DNA of 64,000 bases from Hyphochytrium catenoides (taxonomy: Eukaryota > Protista > Hyphochytriomycota): contig FLMG01004035.1 in assembly GCA_900088475.1 (NCBI GenBank), positions 1 to 64,000 on the forward strand. Reading direction: 5' to 3'. Made by a program: the position numbers and the translations under genes. Every line of letters starts with the position of its first letter. Position 1 is the first letter of the stretch. The notes below the pieces were generated by a model, which saw only the letters and a list, made by a program, of their open reading frames with translations, had not been told where the DNA came from and did no database searches. This document shows positions 41,511-52,000 of this stretch, one piece after another.

Positions 41511-44500
41511 CTAAATAGCTAGGCTAAGTAAGGCTTCGGCCCCTTTCTCATGTTGGGTCGAGCCAGACTTGGAAGAAATGAGATAGATAAGGGGACGTGA
41601 TAGAGAAGTTTCTCCTAGAGGAGCGAGACAAGGCGATAGAGCTTTTCGTGAACTCCTTAGAACCCCTAGGCGACTGCAGCTTTCAAGCTTCAACGAAAGG
41701 AGTCTATCCGAAGAAGACTAAAAGCTCAGGTCTACCTCCAAGCTATCTCCAGATGTCAGTAAGGAATGACAAACGTGCCCAAGGACAATGGCAGACAAGC
41801 GTGCGGAACAAGGAAACGGCCATGGTCAGCTGAGGCGCCAAAGGAGCCGTTTCTCTTCATTCTGCAGTATGAATGCGACAGAAAATAGAGTCGGAGTACT
41901 GCAGGGGAGTGGGAGCCTGGGCTTGATCGATGGGAAAAAATGTCCAGGTCTAGTTCCCTTTGTCTACTCTGGCTCACTCTTGGCCCCTCCAGTATTGCAG
42001 GTCGGCGAAGATGAGGCTTCTACAAAATCAAACTGCTGACTATCCGGCAGCACTATCCCATGCTTCGTCACACACACGCTAAGATGTCTCCGGGCCGTCC
42101 TCGGAAAGATGGCACTGAGGTCCATCCCACCACCATTTTATTTAAATGTGAGCGATAAGGTGGACCTTTGTCTGGTGATGCCAGTGAGCCTCATGCACTA
42201 GTTAAAGGATAAAGACTCCTTGCTGAGAGCTTGCAAATGCCAAGATATAGCCAGCACTGAGAGGGATAGCCAGTTGTTGGCACGAAAAGGCGCAAGTTGC
42301 CACAAATAGGCTCAAACGTTAGACTCTCGATAAAGGTAGAAAGTACAGAGAGAGGGTACATCCTTTCACGCTTGTGTCGCGCCATTAGCGGTCATCATAT
42401 CGGTCATTACTTCTACGCTTGCCCTCAAATCTCTAAGAGCCCATATCTCGTTCATAGAGACCCCTGCCCACCAGACCACCGCCCGCAAAAACTGCCATGA
42501 TCTAGGCGCCTCTAGTCGCGCTTCTAGGTCGGAGTACTGGGATAGATACGATAGGAGATTGAATGCACTTTTAAAAACATCCAGTAGCGGGATTGGAGGT
42601 AGCTGCCGAGAAGAGGATGAAGGGAGTTGTCTCGTATCCAAGGCTTGAGAAAGCATATTGTCTTCCTTCAACCGGTGCATCTTCCAGAAAAGGAGCTCTA
42701 CTACAATGGCCTCAAGACGGACATGTTGGTCCTCTGCCGCAGAGCCAGAAGTCGCTAGTGATTGGGAAAGGTCGCCCAGTAAACACTCCAGGCCTATAGG
42801 TTCGGGTGAGATCGTAAAGAGAGGTGGATAACCACGTACAAAGATGACAGAGGTTCATGAGCAGTATTCTTCTTCTCGACCTCAATGCAACAGAAGACAG
42901 ACAAGGAGGTCTATTTCAAGAGCAACCTCCAGAGGAAGATTTCAGCACTTTTCCACGATCCGGACGCCAGGTACTCTATAAGTTTCATCCTTACCGGTAT
43001 TCGGATAGGAGATGAGCACGAAGAAAAGATTGCGCAAAACTAAGGACTGCAGCCGTAGGATATCCGGTTCATGTTCCCTCTCTCCTTTGATGAGCAAGAG
43101 CCTCACCAACGAGAAGAATGAGGAGCCTTTTCCACCATCCTTAGTCTTCATAAGGCCAAAGAGTTTAGGGGACTGCACTAGCTGCCCAAAGAGCTGCACG
43201 CTTCGTATTTTATCGTGCAGAGAGGTGTCCTTGTCGTTATCTAGGATCTGCAGAATGTTGACTCAGTTTTCAAGGCATTAGTTTTACAGAGACAGGCCTC
43301 AAGGGCCTCTGCAGACAGGGTCAGAAGTACAGATAGTTAACATGGCAGTGCTTGACATATGTCCTAGAGTCAGGCGCTTTGCGTCATATAGAAGAAGGTT
43401 TCTTCAGAGAGCACCTTGATGACGCTTGTCTAAGCGACAAGAGGACATTCAATGAGGCAGAAGACTTTACTTCCGCCGAAGCGAAGGTAGAGGGCCACAA
43501 TAGCTCGCGGAAACAGAGGGACGTAAGTTCTAGGGTGGAAGGAAACGAGGACAATGAAGCTAGTACAGCACAAAGTAGTAGGAGAAAGCCTTCGTCTCCA
43601 AGTACGTACTCTCTCAAAGAATGGCTTCTCTATAAGAGCTCTAAAGTCGTCTAACTCCTTCGGAAGCCCTGCTAATGCACCCAAGATATCTAGATATCGG
43701 CCGATAAGGGACGGAAGAGGATTTCTTCCGGATATCCTAACTGCCGCATCGCAAACACTTCGAATCAACTCTGAGGTCTCGTCCCAAGCTCTATCAACAC
43801 GCTATAGGGATGGAGAATGAGACATGTTAGAGTTATACCAAGCTAACAAGAACAGGTAGGCGCCTGCACCTCGATATTGCGGTTCTGTAATTTATGTAAA
43901 GTCTTCGTCGAGATATTGATACCATGGACCCTCGACCTCTGCCAGACGCACGGCCGGTCAGGCCACCGCCAGGCAACGTCGTTCAATAGTGAGGAAAGTG
44001 ACTGTTAGCACTTGAATTAAAGAGGAGGCATCCTGCCATAACTCCAAGTTACCTACCACGGTATCTCCTAACTCTGTATGGTTCAAGGAGAAGCCTCGAT
44101 AAGGCATGGAAGAAGTGGTTATGAGGCAGAGCAAGATATTGAGTACGTAGCTCTGGATAGTGACATCCTATCGACGAGTTACATTGAGCAGATGAAGAGA
44201 GAGAGAGACAGAGGAGACCCTTGTCAAGACGTTGCATTTCTCTTGGGCACGAGAGGATCGAGGCAGCTTGAGAACAGGCCTTACCACACCGGAGAGCTGA
44301 AAGAACGCTGTGAATGGGGGTAGGATGGCGGTCAGTGAGTATGCGGGTATCCGTTGGACAGCTATACTAATGTCGTGCAATACCCTTCTTTCTTCTGGCG
44401 TGAGACCTAGAGCGCAGGCTTAACAAGAGGAAGCATGAAGTGATCTTGAAGGGGCGCCACACTGACCGGCACTAGTAGGAGGGTTGATAAGCTGTGCCAG

Positions 44501-46665
44501 ATCGTCACCACAGTCCGCTAGTAGTCTACTGAGTGTATGAGATACTTCCTGCGGTGGGCGAGAAGATATATAGAGATAACGTTAGTTTTCCCTCCACACT
44601 CTGCCCCCATCGGTGTTGATTTTAGCTCCAACAGCTCATCGAGCTCCCCAGACCTGTGTCTCTATAGCGACGATATCTCCGAAGTAAGGTGATGCACGGT
44701 TAGGTCTTGCAGCTTGGGTCTGTGCGTCTCTTAGTTCTACAGTCCGTTTGCTGCATTGAAGGCAAAGAGGAAGCTGTGGTTAAAATAAGGTGCCATGCAA
44801 ACTCGGACTACGGGTAGGAAGGATACAAGAAAAGCACCACAGGGCAGACAGCATGCTGCCTTCCGAGAAGTGTTTTAGGCCTTAGGTATTGTACATACGA
44901 GATGCCAGCAGCGAAGAACATGAGAGCACGAAGAGACATTAGGTTACTGATCTTGACCAGGGAAGGCTGTAGTAAACGAGAAACGGTGCAAGCATTGAAG
45001 GAAGGAGCCAACGCGCACCTGCGTCTAGGGGTGGTCGCGTGTGGGAGTCCCGGGCCAGTACCAAAGGAATGAGAAGGGGAGAGTTCTGCACTTGAAGACG
45101 AGACGTCACGTCTCAGCTTCACGGTCTGAAGGTCCCGCTGATGGTTTCGTTGAGCCGATTTTAGCTCCTCCTCCTTTAACAAGTAATAAATTGAGTTATG
45201 GTGGCAAAGATTCCAAAGGTGTTGGCTCAGCACCTTCTTGGGCCGCCTTAGCTGTGCTTGTACCCCTTCCCCCATGTTCATTACAAGGCCACTATGGAAC
45301 CTCTCTCCACAGCCATCCCAAGACTCATGACGGCCCCTTTCCCTAATCTTCCTTATAGACCATTTCCTCTCTCCACCAAGAGACCGTAGCCCATCCAACT
45401 GCCAAGAGCACATCAACTTTCTTTTCTGACCTTGAATGCCAGCTGGGCTTGAAGGTTCTCAAGTTCTTTTTTGGCATTGGCTTCATGCTGCCGCACTTTG
45501 TAGTTTGCTTCAGCCTCAATAGTCATCAGCTGTGCTCGCAACTCAAAGATATCCTCCTCTGCCTACCATGAACGTACGTCAGGCGTGTGACACGCGGAAT
45601 AGTAAAGGCACGATGATAACCTTCAGGAGATTAGCCCTAAGCTCCCCAATCAAGGCAGCTGACTTGGCACTCTCTGCTTGGGCGTCCGTCTGGGAGGGCA
45701 TAGTTGAAGACTTTAGGGCGGATTAGGCCACTGCATGGGCAATGGCTTGACATAGTAGGTGCAAACCCAGAAACAGAGTAGTAAATAAGACTTACACCTG
45801 ATGTTTGAACTACGGGTTCGGACTGGCCTGCGGGGAGGATGTCGGGTTAGGGGTGCACTTGAGAGTTATGCAAAAAGTCCTACCACGGTTTGAGAGCAGC
45901 TGGCTATTAGTATGGGGACCTTCGGGCTCTCTGGACGGATGGCGATAGGAGGGCATCTCTAGATTGAAAGATGCGTCCAGATGAACGCTTCGGCTACTAC
46001 GAATGCCCACAAGTTCTTTTGGAGCAATGGTTATACATGGTTTTGGGGGTTGAACAACTGTCATATGACATCTGGTGAGTTAGGTTGTCGCTTCTTGTGG
46101 CAGTGGAAATGTGAAGGCATTGCAACGCGGCAATTGGAGGTGGAACCTACCCAACGTGAGATCCGAAATTCTTTATGGCCGCGGGCTTTCACGAAGCGTG
46201 GTGCAGGGTCCAACCTATTCGTCATCCTGGCTTATTATAAGCAGGGCACTATTCGGACGCTATTGTGAGTCGTCTAGGTCAGGAAGCGGATGTAGCGTAG
46301 GAATAGCTCTATAGCTGTGTCGCTTGGCATCGACAAGCAAAGCGCTCCCCAAAGAGCAGGATTTTAGACCAGGAGCATGAACATACCCGTCTACAGCTCA
46401 TCCTCTTCCCGTCTGCACCAGCTCCTGTTTGTACCTTCTATCGCACACTGTCTCGCAAGTCTGGCATCATGCAACAACCATCATAGGGGCTCTCTATAAA
46501 GAAGCTTGTAGAGGCAGCGTCCGCCTTGCCGGAACTGTCCCTATAAACCCCTAAAAATCTGCGGTCAGCTCCGGAAGCACCAAGGCCCCACCTATCTGTC
46601 ACGCACTTTCTGCTCTGACATTTGCGGTCTCTGCCTCCCTGGCCACGCAGGCTGCTCCTGGCCAT
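41511..46665 (-). CDS. Multi-exon protein with an N-proximal coiled coil and a Leu-rich helical C-terminal region; possible ATRIP/Rad26-like; both ends uncertain
   Basis: Exons join to LIGELRANLLK|AEEDIFELRAQL...NAKKELENLQAQLAFK|EEELKSAQ, resembling the ATRIP coiled-coil L..LQ.EL.FK..E motif. Downstream helical ORFs: 43430..43768, 42942..43199, 42366..42680. Confidence 0.45.
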
Positions 46666-46722
46666 CTTCTGGCTCTCTCGATGCGAAGCTCTTCTGCTGC
46701 TTCGCGGGCTGTCTTCGGAAAG

Positions 46723-48117
46723 ATGAAGCTAAGACCTCCCCCAGGACTGCAAGGTAAGTTCCGATGCTCCTAACTTTGACGCATTTACTCCCCCTCTATA
46801 GTTACCTATTAACAGAAATAGGTAGATATTATTGCTGTTTACCATCAAGAGCAATGGACCAATGTATATACGATCAAACCTTGTACCATGGAAGCGCGAT
46901 ATAGTCGTATATCAGAAGAGGAGACAGCGGATGAAGCTTTTTATTGAGTTTTGATGGATCTTTGTAAGCCTACCAGATCTTGCTCATTCAACGAGCGAAG
47001 AGTTTGGAGGCGAGTGCTTACAGAGAGACAGACAGATGACTGCAGTGATCCTCTAGGTAGTGGCAATAGACCAGCTTCGACCTTTTCCCTCAGAATCCTT
47101 TCGGTGCACTAAGCGGTCTACCTGGCACGAGACTAAGTAATGGAGTTCGCAGTACTTCTGTGCCCTCAAAGGAGAGGTACGGAGGTGGCGGGCTCCAGCT
47201 GGACTTCCAGAAGTCCACGTACCCTCGAGGTACACACCCGACGCGCCGTGGTGATTTAGAAGGAAGTCCAGACTCTGGTAAACAGCATTCAGTACTGGCG
47301 ACTGATCAATTTTGTTTATGCAAACAGATCCATCTTGGGGCCAATGCTGAAAACAGTCTACCTCAGCCTCTAGGAGCTGCCCCTTACTATTCTCTTGTCA
47401 AAGTCAAAATACCCTGCAAGCCGAGACAACCTGCTGAGGGCTTATGATTTGAACGCAAAATTAGAACAGCTTTTCCGTGTGACCATTTATTCGTTAGTAC
47501 CCGCAGCACAGTTGTAAGACGGGCTAGATGGGATCTGTCCCGTTCTGCAAAAGTTATATCAGCTCCAGGTTTGGTATAGGATCAACTTCAGCAGTACTAC
47601 GTATCACTTTACAGCATGTGATGGCTCAAGCTTCTATGAGTAAAAGCTAGAGATATCACCGGACATTGCTTTTTCCAATACGTTAGGAGGATCGCTGTGT
47701 TCGTCAACAAGCGGCGTGCCACTCATTTTGACGCAACTTCTACCCTTATCCTATCGTTCATCGTTCTTTTCAGCAGCGCCTTCTAGAGCACATAAGATCG
47801 CTCTCTTCCTATCCATTACCCGGTAGGCACAGTGAACAATCCTGCCGATGAGTAGGGTCTTCTTCCCGCAAGTCGGCAGCCAGGACACCTAGATGCTGCA
47901 CCTTGCGTTTCCTAGCTCGAAGCCCTAGCGTAACGGACCGAGATTTCTCTCGAGTTCTTCCCCACCGTCCCTCTTTCTCCATCTCTTTGTCTCCTCAAGT
48001 GTGTTTTCTCTCTCTACGTGACACCTCCGAGTCAGCGCTGGCGCAACAGTGCTTTCTCTGTGCCGAGCACGCTTCCTTCCCAACCACTGCCTATGAAGGC
48101 TTCTCAAGGCTCTATTG
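46723..48117 (+). CDS. Putative small multi-exon gene, unknown product
   Basis: ATG...CAAG|gtaag first exon and an AG-bounded open exon NPFGALSGLPGTRLSNGVRSTSVPSKERYGG... Other junctions could not be phased. Confidence 0.25.
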
Positions 48118-48456
48118 ACACACATGACTAAACACAAACTAGGAGCAAACTCACGCTCCCTAATACGGGGGGCAAGAGTGAGGTTACTAGTGGTATCAAA
48201 GCACAAACCCAGTTGAGGAGGTCCACGGATGCGCTGTGTTTGGTCGTTAAGTGCGAGTGCGAGTGAGTGGTGTTTATTGCCGTAAAGGGTGCGATGGGCG
48301 TTACACATGGGGCGTAGTAATGACAAGGTCGTACTGTTAGACCCTTCAAAGCCCAATGACTGTTTAGTAGTACGTTTCTGTACCAACTGAGTGAAGACAT
48401 CATCCATCGACAAGCCCAAACAGTTAGAAACCCAGAGAGAAGAGAAGCGCGTGCGC

Positions 48457-48458
<2 letters not shown>

Positions 48459-48491
<33 letters not shown>
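48459..48491. repeat. (GA)n microsatellite running into an assembly gap
   Basis: Perfect GA run followed by Ns. Confidence 0.9.
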
Positions 48492-49039
48492 NNNNNNNNN
48501 NNNNNNNNNNNNNNNNNNNNNNNNNNNNNAGTCACAAACCTGGAAGTGGATTAAGTACGCGAAGATAGAAGAAGCTTGATGAACAGGCTTAGCTGAACGA
48601 GGCCCCAGGTCACACCGCGCACGCTGGCGCTCCTGCCCGATCGTATGAGCTGCCCGTCGTGCGGCACAGGGCAGTAGGAGCACAACATTAGCGAGCGCGT
48701 AGTGGTCTATAGACACTATAATGGACCTGAGCCCATCGGGCTCTCACTGGTCTCGGAAGGAGTAAGGTCCGGGATAAGAGGACGAGCCAAGATTGAGGAA
48801 AGATAGGCGCAGATCGGGCTCAGGTGGCGCCAAGAGTTATTCTGCTGTNNNNNNNNNNNNNNNNNNNNNNNNNNNNNNNNNNNNNNNNNNNNNNNTTTCC
48901 ATGAAAGAAAGATACTTTACAGGCAACCTGGCGCCATGGTTGGGGAGAAAGTCTACCCTTAGGGTGGGCCGGCGGAAATATCGCAGCTCGGCTCAGGGAT
49001 AGCAGAGCAGAGGCTAAAAAGGACTCCTGACAAGTTATA

Positions 49040-52000
49040 ATGCCAGGCGTTCAGGTCCGTCCGGCTGATGATTCGCAGCCTCCTGGTGTGGCAAGAGGGA
49101 GCGTCTTTGGACCGTCTTTCCCTGGCGGCGGTCACAATGATAGACATGAACCACCCCCCAGCACCTCGATCGGCCCCCTTGCGAGCCTGCAGGGCGCGGG
49201 TAGCCAAGAGGCTGCCACCGGGTCCTTACCAGGGCAACGAGGTTCCGTCCATATCGCCGGCTATGCTAGGTTTGCGAATATCGCTGACGTGATGTTGAAG
49301 AAGGCCAAGGACAAGACGCGCTCTAATAAAGAGCAGTTGGTGAATTTCCAGAAATCTAATAGGAAAGTGCTCGTGAAGGACAAAAAGTCATTGCAGAAGC
49401 TGTTGTTGAAGATCTGGAGGAGCCCCTTGGTAAAGCGCGCAATCATGGTCCTAAACGTTGCAATAATCTTCGGCTCTAACCTCATCATGGTTTTGGAGAC
49501 ATGTGATGGACCGAACTACTATGATGAGGCAAATAGGTCGCTCTCTGACTATCCGGAACTGTTCACTTCAGAGCAGTACGATCAGCTAGAGATCTTCTTC
49601 ACCGTTGTCTTCACAACGGAGGTCCTCTTTCGACTGGCGCGCTTCCGTTCATTCAACGCCTACATCAGCAACTTTCATAACGTGGTGGACTGGATCTCCA
49701 TTCTTCCTCTATATTTGCAGCTCATCTTCAAGGCGTCTGGGAGCTATGGGGAAGATCCTACGAATGAGAATACCTTGATGAGGAACACAGTCACACTTCT
49801 AAGAATATTCCGTGTCCTGAAAGTGGGTCGGCACTTCGCGGACATGGAGGTGCTAGTGGATGCGCTGTTCCTGTCTTTCAAGCCTCTTATTATTCCGATG
49901 GTCTTCTTCGCTGTGGTCGCTCTTATTTTTTCAGTAGCGCTCTTCATGCTGAACCCTTGTATGGATAAGGACGAGTGCAGTCACTCGTTCACGGACGTCT
50001 TCAACGCGTTGTACTTCGTGATCGTCACTATGCTTACGGTCGGCTATGGAGACATCGTCCCAGGAGCGGAGAATTTCCTAGCGCGCTTTGTGGCCGGCGT
50101 AGCAATGGTCTTCGGCTCGTTATACCTTGCCATGCCTCTCGCTGTCATCGGTAACAACTTCGAGGCGGCGTGGAAGAAGCATATACGCAAGCTTCAAAGA
50201 CAGAGAGTGAAGGCCGTATCAGAGCGGCTAGTAGCGGGTACTGCAGATATCTCAGAGTTGAAACTCGAGGAGGATGTGATCATCCGCATAGGGAACAATA
50301 GGCTGCTCGAGACATACTTTGACCTCTCATACTACCTTGGAAGATTAGAGGAAACGATTCGCACTGTCCCAGAGAAGAAGATTGTAAGTAGAAATGAGAC
50401 TGTCCGTCGACGAGTCCTTTGTAGGCCTTGACTGGTATTCGAATGTCTGCTGATTCATTGTCTCACTGTTCACCACCTTGTGGATATGGTCGTACGCCGC
50501 CGCCTACTTACCACGCCTTCCGTATCTTCCCTGTGCAGGATTCAAACCAGTCCTCAGCCATGATGCAGGACATTAAGGCTGCCATCAACAAGGAACTGTC
50601 CACCTGCATCAGCTCGCATGAAGCTCTTATGAGAGACGCTAAGATAACATTAGGACCTCTGCCTGAAGATATCTTCTGCAACCTGGTCCGCTTGATGAGG
50701 TTCGCAAAGATCTCCACTAGCAAGTATAAAATTATCCTCGAACGACGAAAAGCGGCCGCTAACCAGTCAAAGAAGAAGAAGAAGCTGAGGCGGAGCAGTA
50801 CGGTTCTGGTCATGAAAATGAATGAGAAGCAACAGAAAAGGTGATCGAGACTTTCGCTAACTGTTCCATCTTTGAATTTCCATGTGCAATTACTTGCCCA
50901 TTCCCTGCCATGGGCAAAGTCTATCCTGGATCTGTCCTGTTCGGCTCACACATTTGCGTGTAGACTGGATAACTCACGCTTGCTATTCTTTCCCTTAACT
51001 GTCGTCAACTCCTGCCCATCGTCCCCAGGCTACCGGAGAAGATTTACCTTGCATTGGAGCTACCACAGTCTTCTCCTTTTGCTATGATGCTCAGTCGTGT
51101 TCTCTTATTTGTCAATATCATGAGCGTCATTGTATTCTTCGCCCAGACGATGCCTGAGCTTCAGAAGTTAGGACCCCAGTCGCCCTTATGTAAGGAGGTT
51201 GTTCAGTCTTATTGTCAAGAGCAGACTCGTGCAGACCGTGGTTGTTATACGGTGAGCCTTGTAACCTTACTATATTCGAATGAGGGCCGCGCGAACTAAC
51301 AACCCTTGCCTGCTTGGTCCACCATCTCTCCGTCTGTGCTCCCTTGCTTGACTGATCAGACGGACAACCAACCTCTCAAGTTTGCTTGTTCTCTCAAAGA
51401 AATAACTCCCGACTGTTACGAGGGCGAATCTAACTTTGGCACGAGAATCACAGAGCTCAGGCCTGACTGTGAGAAGATGTTCCACACCCCTTCTGGGAGA
51501 TACATATGTGACAGACCCCAGTGCAACTATAAGCATGAGGTAAGTGGCGACGGTGTAGGGAACATTAGAGGTAACGATGTCTTCCTATCCAGGCTGTCAG
51601 GGTAGATGGTGTTTATGCTTGTTTCAAATTTGCCCCCTCACCCTCTCTCCTTCCCCTCCTTGGCGCTCTCCTGATCCCTCTTCCTTCCTTTGTCTCTTTG
51701 ATCCTCTGTCTGACCCTTCTGTGCAGCCCATGTATGACGCCTCAGGCTACTGGCAGCCTCTAGAAATATTCTTTACTACGATCTTCACGCTGGAGCTGAT
51801 ACTTCGGGCGTACGGCTCTCCGACTTGGAAAAACTTCTTTCATGTCTATAACTGCGTGGATCTCTTGTCTCTTTCGCCCTCGTACTACCAGTTCATAGCC
51901 AGCGCTATCACAGGTAGACGAAAATGACCGACAACTCTTCTATCAGCCTACTAGTACTCCTTATATCCCAGTCGATGAGTTTGACGCTCTTAGCGCCGCA

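Noticed and set aside
46925-46965. TGA recoding (Trp or Sec), suggested by an exon-like segment KLFIEF*WIF before a GTAAG donor and by most mapped genes ending in TAA/TAG
   Set aside because: All Trp codons in long confident exons (lipase, Kv exon 1, PLAC8) are TGG, and the cyclase appears to end in TGA. No selenoprotein motif or SECIS was recognised, and the segment can simply be intronic.
48530-48660. WIKYAKIEE peptide resembling a crooked-neck HAT repeat
   Set aside because: Only 9 residues, immediately followed by a stop, next to a gap, with no further repeats.
47925-48716. 263-aa minus-strand ORF
   Set aside because: It reads through an N gap and a microsatellite and has no recognisable domain.
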